NCBI GenBank assembly: GCA_030747675.1
Contig: JASLKH010000047.1
Span: 1-56,311 of the forward strand
DNA: 56,311 nt
DNA from: Candidatus Thalassarchaeaceae archaeon
GTDB taxonomy: Archaea > Thermoplasmatota > Poseidoniia > Poseidoniales > Thalassarchaeaceae
Direction: 5' to 3'
Positions 19,468 through 28,118 of the stretch are shown here, piece by piece. A program made the translations under genes and the position numbers. The stretch's first letter is position 1, and the number at the start of each line of letters is the position of its first letter. Under the pieces are notes generated by a model. That model did no database searches. It saw only the letters and a list, made by a program, of their open reading frames with translations, and was not told the origin of the DNA.

Positions 19468-20352
19468 TTACTTCCCAGAGAAGCGGGGAGTTCTGCGTTC
19501 AACATAGGACGCAATGCCTTCTTTTGCATCATCGGATTGGAAAAGGTCAGATTGTAATTCACGTTCAAGAGCAAGATGATATTCTAATGGCATCTCCAAT
19601 CCGCTTTGTACACTGCGTTTAATGTTTCCAATCGCCTTAGCGGCAGCAAGCGGCAGGGTGAATTGCCCAGCATAATCAATTACATCTTGTCGGAATTCAT
19701 CAAGTGTCATACTGTCATAGAGGTCATGGACCAAACTCATTTCTTTTGCTTCTTCAAAGGAGAATTTTCGCCCAGTCACCATAATTTCCATTGCTCTGGC
19801 CTTACCGACTAAACGTGATAAACGAGCAGTACCTCCTGTGCCGGCAAGGACACCAAGGGCTACCTCAGGTAATCCAATTTGGAAATTCCCCTTCTTTGCA
19901 ATTCGAATATCTGCCGCCATGGCAATTTCTAATCCCCCACCAACAGTGTGTCCGTTGAGAGCTGCAATCACTAACTTCGGTGTTTGTTCGAGGCGCGATA
20001 GAGTCTCATTTGCATGCAGGCAAAAGAAATACTTGTAACGAGGTGTCAAACTGTTTAGGTAATTGATACTCGCTCCTGCTGAGAAGAACTTGTCACCGTG
20101 ACCGGTGAGTAAAATTACGCTTACATCACCATCAAAACGTGCGTTCAGGATGGCCTGATCAATATCTTCCCACATTTCACGAGTATAGGTATTGACAGGA
20201 GTTTTCCCTTCGACAAGAGGTTTTCCGTCTGAATCTGAAGTAAGTTCGATTATAGCAATACCGTTGCTAGTAACGCCATAATTCACTAGGTTGTTTGACA
20301 TTGCTTCCATTGTTGGCCAATTAGTCATGCGGTGCCGACCTAGAGCAGGCAT
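19468..20352 (-). CDS. Enoyl-CoA hydratase/isomerase (crotonase family)
   Basis: 294 aa. Motifs: GHGDKFFSAGASI, GHTVGGGLEIAMAADIRIA and LPEVALGVLAGTGGTARL. Confidence 0.85.
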   Translation of the reverse strand: MPALGRHRMTNWPTMEAMSNNLVNYGVTSNGIAIIELTSDSDGKPLVEGKTPVNTYTREMWEDIDQAILNARFDGDVSVILLTGHGDKFFSAGASINYLNSLTPRYKYFFCLHANETLSRLEQTPKLVIAALNGHTVGGGLEIAMAADIRIAKKGNFQIGLPEVALGVLAGTGGTARLSRLVGKARAMEIMVTGRKFSFEEAKEMSLVHDLYDSMTLDEFRQDVIDYAGQFTLPLAAAKAIGNIKRSVQSGLEMPLEYHLALERELQSDLFQSDDAKEGIASYVERRTPRFSGK

Positions 20353-20373
20353 ATGAAATCAACGCAGCCGCAT

Positions 20374-20390
20374 CGGCCCCGTAGGGGCCG
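20374..20390 (-). other. GC-clamped hairpin 1 nt after the glpX stop (CGGCCCC-GTA-GGGGCCG on the + strand)
   Basis: A perfect 7-bp stem with a 3-nt loop lies between the glpX stop (20392-20394) and the next ATG (20352). Confidence 0.4.
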
Positions 20391-20391
20391 C

Positions 20392-21348
20392 TCAAATCTT
20401 CATCTCGGTTGAGATGAATTGTCTAGTTCCGTTGCTGACATGCAATACCTCTGAATGTACTGCTGCACGTCCACCTCCTAGGAATTCTACTCCTGGAAGG
20501 TACCCTGAGCACACTCCAGATGCGACAAATATGGCATCACTTGAATTACATAAGTCATCACGAGTCCATATTTTGTCAATATCGTCGCCAACCATTTGAC
20601 GTGCACGGCTTTCATGGTCTTCATTAGTTGTCACCAATTTCCCCTCAAAATGACCACCTAAGCCGCGCAAAGCCGTTGCTGTAATCACACCTTCAGGTGC
20701 AGCACCAATCCCCATCAGCATATCAATATCTGAATTTGGGTCAGCAGCATTCAATGCAGCAGCGACATCTCCGTCCCCAATCAAGGGGACCGCAACCCCA
20801 AGGTCACGCAGAGTTTTGATTAGTTTTTCATGACGTGGGCGATCCATAACGACAACTTTGAGATCCTCAGGTTTCTTTTCCAAGATGGTGCAGGCTTGTT
20901 CAATATTCCATGCAGGCTCTGCTTCAAGGCTAAGTTGACCATTTAATTCGGCCCCACCAGCGATTTTGTCCATGTAACAATCTGGTGCATGAAGTAAAGT
21001 TCCACGGGGTGCAGCAGCTAGTACGGCAATTGCATTTGGTAAATCTAAGGCACAGTGGTTGGTACATTCTAATGGGTCAACAGCAATATCGATTTGAGGT
21101 GCACCACTAACGCCTTGTAGGGAACCTAGTGGTTCTCCAATGTATAGCATGGGTGCATCATCCCGTTCTCCTTCTCCAATAGCTACTCGTCCATCAAATG
21201 GGACAGTATCGAATACTGATCGCATAGCCTCTACAGCGGCCCCATCAGCCTTTTTTCGCTCACCTCGTCCACGCCATCTCGCTGCCGCAATTGCTGCTTG
21301 TTCACAAGCGCGGAGGAAGTGATCTGAGAGTTCCGATGTACTCGTCAT
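20392..21348 (-). CDS. glpX: Fructose-1,6-bisphosphatase class II (GlpX-type)
   Basis: Motifs: KKADGAAVEAMR, VAIGEGERDDAPMLYIGE, DPLECTN and GIGAAPEGVITA. The tracked ORF (to 21555) runs into moaC. The internal ATG at 21348 (MTSTSELSDHFLRACEQAAIAAARW) matches the usual GlpX N-terminus. Confidence 0.85.
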   Translation of the reverse strand: MTSTSELSDHFLRACEQAAIAAARWRGRGERKKADGAAVEAMRSVFDTVPFDGRVAIGEGERDDAPMLYIGEPLGSLQGVSGAPQIDIAVDPLECTNHCALDLPNAIAVLAAAPRGTLLHAPDCYMDKIAGGAELNGQLSLEAEPAWNIEQACTILEKKPEDLKVVVMDRPRHEKLIKTLRDLGVAVPLIGDGDVAAALNAADPNSDIDMLMGIGAAPEGVITATALRGLGGHFEGKLVTTNEDHESRARQMVGDDIDKIWTRDDLCNSSDAIFVASGVCSGYLPGVEFLGGGRAAVHSEVLHVSNGTRQFISTEMKI

Positions 21349-21373
21349 GTATGGCGCGAGGCGGTGGAGGTTC

Positions 21374-21823
21374 TCAATCCTGCGCTTCACCCTTGCGCTT
21401 TTCAAGAACAGTAATTCCACGGATTCTCGTGGATGGATATTGACCATCGTTATCTTTTTCAATTGATTTAACCATGTCCCACACACAAAGAAGACCGGCT
21501 GTAACTCCACACAATGCCTCCATTTCGACACCTGTTTTCCAGTGAGTTTCAACATGAACTGTGCAGCGAAGTGAATTGTCTTCCCAATCCCAATTCACTG
21601 AACATCCTTCTATTGGGATGACGTGGCAATGAGGAATTGTTCGAGGCGTTTCTTTTACTGCTTGAATCGCTGCAACCATGCTTGCTTCCAAAACATCTCC
21701 CTTTGACACAACACCATTTTGAATTGATTGGAAAGAATTTGGAGACAAATCAAGTATACCAGTGGCCGTAGCACTTCGATAAATTTTCGGTTTATGTCCA
21801 ATGGGAATAATTGCTTCTGTCAT
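21374..21823 (-). CDS. moaC: Cyclic pyranopterin monophosphate synthase accessory protein MoaC
   Basis: Motifs: SKGDVLEASMVAAIQAVKET, IPHCH and KTGVEMEALCGVTAGLLCVWDMVK. The ATG at 21823 overlaps the moaE stop in an ATGA arrangement. Confidence 0.9.
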   Translation of the reverse strand: MTEAIIPIGHKPKIYRSATATGILDLSPNSFQSIQNGVVSKGDVLEASMVAAIQAVKETPRTIPHCHVIPIEGCSVNWDWEDNSLRCTVHVETHWKTGVEMEALCGVTAGLLCVWDMVKSIEKDNDGQYPSTRIRGITVLEKRKGEAQD

Positions 21824-22242
21824 CCTAAACCCCCTTTCCAAAATTCACCGTCTGCCCTAACTTCTTTTTTCCACAGAGGGGCTTGGGTTTTTAGTTCGTC
21901 TATGAGCCAAGCACAAGCAGAAAAGCCTTCTTTCCGATGTTGACTAGCCACATGAATACAAACAATATTCTCCCCAGGCATCACTATTCCTGTACGATGA
22001 CTCATTGCAATACTTTTCACACCAAAGTTGGTAATGGCTTCAGAGGCAAGTTGATTTAAGACAAGGGGTAATTTCTCTACCCATGCATCAAATTCTAATT
22101 GATACACTTCTATGCCCTCATCAGTACCACGTGTTAGTCCAAGGAAGGATACGATACTCCCACATCCTTCGATATTTAATTTTGAACGCAACTCATCTGA
22201 TTTGAGATTTTCAGGTGCATTTTCAATTAATATTTGTGACAT
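21820..22242 (-). CDS. moaE: Molybdopterin synthase catalytic subunit MoaE
   Basis: Motifs: GSIVSFLGLTR and SHRTGIVMPGENIVCIHVASQHRKEGFSACAWLIDELKTQAPLWKKE. The internal ATG at 22242 (MSQILIEN...) gives a typical length of about 140 aa. The tracked extension to 22413 overlaps the divergent gene. Confidence 0.85.
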   Translation of the reverse strand: MSQILIENAPENLKSDELRSKLNIEGCGSIVSFLGLTRGTDEGIEVYQLEFDAWVEKLPLVLNQLASEAITNFGVKSIAMSHRTGIVMPGENIVCIHVASQHRKEGFSACAWLIDELKTQAPLWKKEVRADGEFWKGGLG

Positions 22243-22374
22243 CCCAACTCCTCTACAATCATTTTTTTTTACCAATGGAGTCGACAGACAGTCCTCTCGC
22301 ATAGAGGCCAAGACCTCTTTTGTCATCAATCCGACGGCGACGAATCCTTCAAGCCATAGAGGCATCTCCGAGTT

Positions 22375-23622
22375 ATGATGATGGCAAAAATCTCGCCTGA
22401 CGAACCCATCCATATCTTGGGTGCTGGCCTCTCAGGATTATCGGCTGCCACATTACTTGCTAAAGGTGGTAGGGAAGTACATGTTTATGAGGTCCGTGGT
22501 GATAGTGGGGCACGATTTGATGGGGATTTCCAAGGTCTAGAAAATTGGACCAGTTCACGTGATTTCTTTGATGAAATGCGAGAATGGGGTTTGGACCCCG
22601 ATGCCTTCAAATCGACTCTTTTTAGTGAAATCGATTTGATACATCCTGATGATAAAATTACGAATCCAATTACTGGGCCAGGTGGCGCATTTCGCATTGT
22701 AGAACGTGGTACGGATGAGCATTGCATTGATCAAGGTTTCAAACGGATGGCAATTGCAGCAGGTGTAAATATTCATTATGGGGTGAAACGTACTCCCGAT
22801 GAGTGCCATATTGTTGCAGCAGGTCCAAAAGATAGCAGCGCAGTTGCATTTGGAGAAGTGTTTGAAACAACTCATGAAAACATAACTGCTTTCCAACTAA
22901 ATGACAAATTAGCTCCAGGTGCATATTCATACTTGATTATCATTGATGGTGTAGGTCTGATTTGCACCTGCCTTTGGCGAAAACAAAGACGGACAGAGAG
23001 ATATCTGAATGAAACCATTGCTTGGTATGAGCAGCACTACGAGTTGAATCGAAAACCAATCAAGCGTGTAGGTGGTAAAGGTGATTTTTCTTTACCTAGT
23101 CAATATGTGCACAAAGGTCGTTGGTATGTGGGTGAGGCAGGAGGTCTTCAAGATTTCATGTGGGGTTTTGGAATGCGCTATGCAATTACATCAGGAGCAA
23201 TGGCGGCACAAGATATTCTTGGAGGCCGATCATATGAGGAACAAGTCCGGAAACACCTTGTTCCATTGGTGAAAATCAGCGCAATTAATCGTTGGCTTTT
23301 GAATCGAGTGGGGGACCGAGGTTTCAAACGAATTGCTAATTATTGGATGAAAAATCAGACGAAGAATGGTGATGGACTAGTGTTCATGAAATGGATATAT
23401 CAGCCTGGCATTTTTCGGAAGTCGTTGTGGCCGTTAGTCCGATTGGGAATGCTTCGCAAGAAGAAACTAAAGGATGGCCGTAGGGTATTACATATGCCGT
23501 TCAGAAAATCTCTGAAACGAGACAATTGGGAACCAAGTACAAGGGCTGAAGAAATAGGGGCGCAGTGGAAGACCCATCGAAAGTCTGGCGGCTCTACTTC
23601 GTTCGGTGCCGATGACCAATAA
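22375..23622 (+). CDS. FAD/NAD(P)-binding oxidoreductase (geranylgeranyl-reductase-like family), with a basic C-terminal tail
   Basis: 415 aa. N-terminal dinucleotide-binding motif IHILGAGLSGLSAATLLAKGGREVHVYE. The family assignment beyond Rossmann/FAD is tentative. Confidence 0.55.
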   Translation: MMMAKISPDEPIHILGAGLSGLSAATLLAKGGREVHVYEVRGDSGARFDGDFQGLENWTSSRDFFDEMREWGLDPDAFKSTLFSEIDLIHPDDKITNPITGPGGAFRIVERGTDEHCIDQGFKRMAIAAGVNIHYGVKRTPDECHIVAAGPKDSSAVAFGEVFETTHENITAFQLNDKLAPGAYSYLIIIDGVGLICTCLWRKQRRTERYLNETIAWYEQHYELNRKPIKRVGGKGDFSLPSQYVHKGRWYVGEAGGLQDFMWGFGMRYAITSGAMAAQDILGGRSYEEQVRKHLVPLVKISAINRWLLNRVGDRGFKRIANYWMKNQTKNGDGLVFMKWIYQPGIFRKSLWPLVRLGMLRKKKLKDGRRVLHMPFRKSLKRDNWEPSTRAEEIGAQWKTHRKSGGSTSFGADDQ

Positions 23623-23669
23623 TGTGGCCCTAATTTCAGAGTTTTCTTTGACGATGATTTGAAGGACAT

Positions 23670-24734
23670 GTGGTCACTCGTGCTGTTATGGACAAAGCAC
23701 TCCTTGAAGCCACAGCAGCAGCATTGGTCGCCTCTGGTAAGGGAATTCTCGCAGCGGATGAGAGCAATGGAACGATGACGAAGCGCTTAGAAGGCGCGGG
23801 CATCGAATCCAGTGAAGAAGCACGTCGCGCTTATCGGGCAAATCTGTTCGCAACGCCTGGCTGCGAATCAGCTGTCAGTGGAGTGATTCTGTATGATGAA
23901 ACAATCCGACAGAACATGGATGATGGGACTTCAATCCCTGATTACCTGAACTCGCGTGGTATGCTGCCGGGAATTAAAGTCGACACAGGTACAATTGATT
24001 TCGACGGATGCCCCGGAGAGAAAGTCACCAAAGGTATTGAGGCAGAACCCGAAAATGGATGGGCCGATTTAGGAACACGTTGTGCTGAATATTTTGAGAT
24101 GGGTGCTCGATTTGCAAAATGGCGTGCAGTTATCCAGATTGAAGGTAGGGAAAAGCCAAGCAATGCTTGTATGTCAGCTAATGCAGAGGCATTGGCACGT
24201 TACGCCGCGATTTGTCAGGAGAATGGCCTTGTTCCCATTATCGAGCCCGAGGTTCTAATGGAAGGTTCACACAATTATCTCGAATGTTTTGTCGCGACTA
24301 TGACAATGTTCCAGAAAACGTTTGAAGAATGCAAAGTACAGGGTGTCCACCTTGCCGGAACATTACTAAAACCAAACATGATTATTGGAGGAAACGGGTA
24401 TCGTGGAGCTGAACAAACCCGTGATGATGTTGCGGCAAGCACAGTCATTTGTCTCACTCATTTCGTCCCCCATGATGTTGGTGGTATCGTATTCCTTTCG
24501 GGCGGTCAATCTGATGAAGAAGCAACAGATCATCTCAATCGAATGAATTCAATGTCTGGGGTGTATTCAGAACACCCTTGGGAACTCTCGTATTCGTATG
24601 GCCGGGCACTTCAGGCTGCAGCACTCAAGGCGTGGGCAGAGGAAGGGGCAGAGGCCAGCCAAGCAGCCTTTGCTCACCGGGCCAAGATGAACTCACTGGC
24701 ACGTAGTGGCGACTGGGATATCAGTTTGGAATAG
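23670..24734 (+). CDS. Fructose-bisphosphate aldolase, class I (eukaryote/bacterial 'Glycolytic' type)
   Basis: 354 aa. Motifs: GKGILAADESNGTMTKRL, LLKPNM (Schiff-base Lys region) and VFLSGGQS. The start may be GTG 23670 or ATG 23688. Confidence 0.85.
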   Translation: MVTRAVMDKALLEATAAALVASGKGILAADESNGTMTKRLEGAGIESSEEARRAYRANLFATPGCESAVSGVILYDETIRQNMDDGTSIPDYLNSRGMLPGIKVDTGTIDFDGCPGEKVTKGIEAEPENGWADLGTRCAEYFEMGARFAKWRAVIQIEGREKPSNACMSANAEALARYAAICQENGLVPIIEPEVLMEGSHNYLECFVATMTMFQKTFEECKVQGVHLAGTLLKPNMIIGGNGYRGAEQTRDDVAASTVICLTHFVPHDVGGIVFLSGGQSDEEATDHLNRMNSMSGVYSEHPWELSYSYGRALQAAALKAWAEEGAEASQAAFAHRAKMNSLARSGDWDISLE

Positions 24735-24765
24735 GTTCCATTCTGAAACAAAAAAATGCCGAACA

Positions 24766-24787
24766 CCTTGGAACCGAAGTTCCAAGG
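24766..24787. terminator. Perfect 9-bp hairpin between convergent genes (CCTTGGAAC-CGAA-GTTCCAAGG)
   Basis: It lies between the aldolase stop (24734) and the stop of the minus-strand wHTH gene (24814), with an A7 run just upstream. Function as a bidirectional terminator or stabiliser is inferred. Confidence 0.4.
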
Positions 24788-24813
24788 TATCCGGCCGAAA
24801 TTCTAGTTCGTGT

Positions 24814-25113
24814 TCAGCGATTTTTATTTCGATCCATGAGGATTGGACCTTCGCCATCCCATTCAGGGTAATTGTCTGCAACCCAAATTCGTGTTGCCCA
24901 TTCACAGATGTCATATCCGCCTGATAGGATACCGCTTCGCTTGATATAACCAACTTTGACTATGTCCTTATCTTTACTAAGTACGTTGCCAAGTTGTTGG
25001 CTTGTTGTTCCGTGTCGCATGGTGCTATTGATGTGCTCCAATATTTCAGCTGTGTTGCGCGGGCGCTCAGCCAAAAACGACTTAATTTTCTCTCGAATTC
25101 TTACTGTTTTCAT
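24814..25113 (-). CDS. Small winged-helix DNA-binding-like protein
   Basis: The ATG at 25113 is preceded by AAGGAGGAAAGAAA (strong SD-like). About 99 aa: MKTVRIREKIKSFLAERPRNTAEILEHINS...QQLGNVLSKDKDIVKVG, an HTH-like pattern. The longer tracked ORF (to 25164) is unlikely. Confidence 0.5.
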   Translation of the reverse strand: MKTVRIREKIKSFLAERPRNTAEILEHINSTMRHGTTSQQLGNVLSKDKDIVKVGYIKRSGILSGGYDICEWATRIWVADNYPEWDGEGPILMDRNKNR

Positions 25114-25308
25114 TTTCTTTCCTCCTTTTGTCCGGTTTCCCTGTGACGACTTTCTTCTCCCCACGCCTCTGTCAGATGCCGTCTGACCCGAGCGATTGCT
25201 GTCATTGATATAACCGTTGGGGCGGCAAAATCTATTTCGTTACGTAATGATACGTGAAAATTAACTCTAAGTTGGGAAATACCTACTTTAGTTTCTACAG
25301 CAGTCCTT

Positions 25309-25321
25309 TTTCCAGTGGAAA
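25309..25321. promoter_or_regulatory. 13-nt perfect palindrome TTTCCAGTGGAAA in a divergent intergenic region
   Basis: It lies 30 nt upstream of the TTG start at 25351 and about 200 nt upstream of the divergent wHTH gene. The core TTCCAGTGGAA is identical to the dyad core of archaeal ORB/mini-ORB elements. Here it is more likely an operator. Confidence 0.4.
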
Positions 25322-25350
25322 TACATAACTTAATGTAACTATTGGAATAA

Positions 25351-28083
25351 TTGAAGTACAAAGAATTACTGGGGTTGGTTAGAGACCATCCATCAAAGTC
25401 CTTGGAAGTGAGACAATTGTCAGACGATATAGTCGTAGATTCAGAGCAAAAAGTTTCAGTAAAGTTGAGATTCAAGAGAATTAGAAGTGGGGTACGTCGC
25501 CGTATCATGGATCGTTTAGGTGAAGGCAGAGCCACAGTTGCAAACATTGCAAAAGATGTCGGTTTGCGGATGCCACACGCATCTGCAGAATTGAAGAGAT
25601 TACGTGAAGATGGTCTAATTGCATCTGATGAAGAAACTGGAGCAAGAGGCGCACAATTAGCTCTCACGGCATCAGGGTGGGATGTATTACGTGGAGATGA
25701 AATTGCGCGTCTTCAAGCATTACCAATATCAAAACCACCTAGTGATGCATTGGGAAGAATAGTTTCTGTCAGTGGAGAAAACATACTAATTGCATTTGTG
25801 CGTAGACCCGTAGATGGACCTTTGGCTATGCCCACCCATCCGTTAACGGATGATTCTTCAGGTTCAATACAGTTTGGAGATACAGAATGGAATTGGCTTG
25901 AACCACGTGAACGTCGTCCTCGGTGGCTTGATTCTACAGAATTCCAACCTGTTCCAGCTCCAGTGGCGAGTTTGAACCCAGGTCATTTAGACACATGGGG
26001 GCTTGAATATTCAGTAGTGGGGTTGCAAAGGTTTCGCTCAATCGAACCCGATACGATGAAATTAGGAATTGGTTCATGGTTTGGTGAACCAAAACAAAGT
26101 AAGGCGATTCATTTACCTAGGCAAATACCCATGGATGGGGAGTGGCGATTAGGATCGATATCAGCTGAAGGTTCTGAAGTGCGCCCCTCAGTCCCAATAA
26201 TTGGGATTGGATTGGATCGTCTTTCTCGAGAATCATTGCTCTTATCCGCAGCAGTTGGAGCCGTTGTGATTACTGCACAATCTAAATTACAATTAAAATC
26301 AAGAGCATTTCCTGTTGACATTTTAGAACATTGGATGAAAACAGCTCACTCTAGATTACGTAATGAAGATCGAATTGAGAGATTAATAGCACTCCGAAAT
26401 GCCGTATTACATCCTGAAGATGCGAAATTGAGACGAAAGGTAGATGATTCTACATGGAGAAAGTTTAGACAACATTGGGGTGATTCTGAATGGTCAAGTG
26501 ATATGTTAACAAAAGGCCAATTAATGAATACCAATTCACTGTCAAGGTTAGCAGAATCAGCAGTTATTTCTTGGGCGTTGGAATATGAATCTGATTTGAA
26601 ATTTTGTTTGGAAATATCAAGCCCATCTCTTTCAGATTTATTTCAACAAGGAGTAGGTTCACATTTCCGCATCATCATGGCCGATCAATGGAGCCCAAAT
26701 TTACCGATCAATATTATTCAACCACATCCAGTATTACCCTCAATGTGGGCTCAACTTTCATTGGAAAGCATACACATCCCGATAAATTTGGCATCCTCTG
26801 GTTCAATAACTGCGTTTAAGGAAGAAATAATTTGGAAAGTTCCCACGCAGGCCTCTGAAGTAATAATTTGCAAAAAACAACTTGGTGAAATAGAGGGCGA
26901 AAGTTTCGTTGTAGAATTAAGTGGAAATGAATCAATGGAACAATTGATTCGTGCAGCAGTACTTTGCTACCCAATTGGAAATGAGGATTGGGCTAATCGA
27001 ATGGAAATCGATCATCCAATTGTAGCATGGATTGCCTCCGCCCCCGAATATCGTTGGAGCCGATGGCAACGATTACAATTTACACTTGGAAGAAAATGGC
27101 TTGACTTAATGGAACCATCCGATATCCCGTTAGATGCAATTGCTTCAGCAGCAATCAATTCTCCACCGAAGTGGAGCCGTTATCTTGCAGATTCTATGCG
27201 AAAAAAAATTCGTATTGATGAAGATATAGCTCATCAATTACGACAATCTGCTGAGCTCGCCCCTCATACAGAAACCGCTTGGGTTGCCAGTATTTTGTGT
27301 GCAGAAATCGCATGGTTAAATCACGATCAGCAAAGAGATGTATCTACGTGGGGATTAGACCGATTTATTGACGCTCCACCATCTCGTTGCCACGCTTCTA
27401 TAATTGGAATTGACTGGTTATCTCAACATTTCCCTGAACAATTAGAATCTAATGCAGATAATTGGCGACTTCGTTTGAGAAATATCGCTTTTTCACTCCC
27501 TACAGATCATGATTTGAATCTCTGGGCACAGTTAGATGATTGGTTCAGTTTAGATGCAAGACCTACATATTCGGTAATGCGCTTGATTGTTGAAAGATTA
27601 CCTGAGGAATGGTGGGCACCTGTTGCTGAAACACTCTTAACAGCCCTTTCTGAGGATTCCGATGGAATTGAGTTCCTAGGAAATATGGATGTAGCATGGC
27701 CCGCATTAATTCTCCGACCCAAAGAAGAAGAACATCGGTTACCTGGGGGAACAACAATTTTGCACGGAGGAGTTCGTAGAACATTACTAGCGCGAATTGA
27801 GAGGTTATTGGAAAGAAGTAATTGGTTTGAAACTGGTGAAGTTGGAATCGGTGCTCAAATGATATCAGATCTGAAAGACGCCCTTCAATCAAGTAGAACC
27901 CTTACAAAACCTCGTAAGGGCCGTACACATCCAAGGGTTGGGTGGTTAGCAGTCCCCATTCATTTGTGGCCACCAAGTGATTTACGAGATATTTCTGAAG
28001 GCGACCCTAGAATTACATCAAGGCTTATAAAAAATATATCTGGATGGCACTCAGATTTGTCAAGAAATCCATTCGATATCTGA
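25351..28083 (+). CDS. Large (910 aa) uncharacterised protein with an N-terminal ArsR/MarR-like winged helix
   Basis: The N-terminus RRRIMDRLGEGRATVANIAKDVGLRMPHASAELKRLREDGLIASDE is wHTH-like. The remaining roughly 800 aa are Trp-rich with no motif I recognise. A TTG start is assumed because the first in-frame ATG would truncate the wHTH. Confidence 0.55.
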   Translation: MKYKELLGLVRDHPSKSLEVRQLSDDIVVDSEQKVSVKLRFKRIRSGVRRRIMDRLGEGRATVANIAKDVGLRMPHASAELKRLREDGLIASDEETGARGAQLALTASGWDVLRGDEIARLQALPISKPPSDALGRIVSVSGENILIAFVRRPVDGPLAMPTHPLTDDSSGSIQFGDTEWNWLEPRERRPRWLDSTEFQPVPAPVASLNPGHLDTWGLEYSVVGLQRFRSIEPDTMKLGIGSWFGEPKQSKAIHLPRQIPMDGEWRLGSISAEGSEVRPSVPIIGIGLDRLSRESLLLSAAVGAVVITAQSKLQLKSRAFPVDILEHWMKTAHSRLRNEDRIERLIALRNAVLHPEDAKLRRKVDDSTWRKFRQHWGDSEWSSDMLTKGQLMNTNSLSRLAESAVISWALEYESDLKFCLEISSPSLSDLFQQGVGSHFRIIMADQWSPNLPINIIQPHPVLPSMWAQLSLESIHIPINLASSGSITAFKEEIIWKVPTQASEVIICKKQLGEIEGESFVVELSGNESMEQLIRAAVLCYPIGNEDWANRMEIDHPIVAWIASAPEYRWSRWQRLQFTLGRKWLDLMEPSDIPLDAIASAAINSPPKWSRYLADSMRKKIRIDEDIAHQLRQSAELAPHTETAWVASILCAEIAWLNHDQQRDVSTWGLDRFIDAPPSRCHASIIGIDWLSQHFPEQLESNADNWRLRLRNIAFSLPTDHDLNLWAQLDDWFSLDARPTYSVMRLIVERLPEEWWAPVAETLLTALSEDSDGIEFLGNMDVAWPALILRPKEEEHRLPGGTTILHGGVRRTLLARIERLLERSNWFETGEVGIGAQMISDLKDALQSSRTLTKPRKGRTHPRVGWLAVPIHLWPPSDLRDISEGDPRITSRLIKNISGWHSDLSRNPFDI

Positions 28084-28118
28084 TTTCTGTATTCATAGCA
28101 TTCAAATTGTAGTACTAA

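Noticed and set aside
21349-21555. N-terminal 69-aa extension of the tracked glpX ORF
   Set aside because: It overlaps the 3' end of moaC and has no GlpX similarity. The internal ATG at 21348 gives the canonical GlpX N-terminus.
22243-22413. N-terminal 57-aa extension of the tracked moaE ORF
   Set aside because: It would overlap the start of the divergent oxidoreductase gene and add non-homologous sequence. The ATG at 22242 yields a normal-length MoaE.
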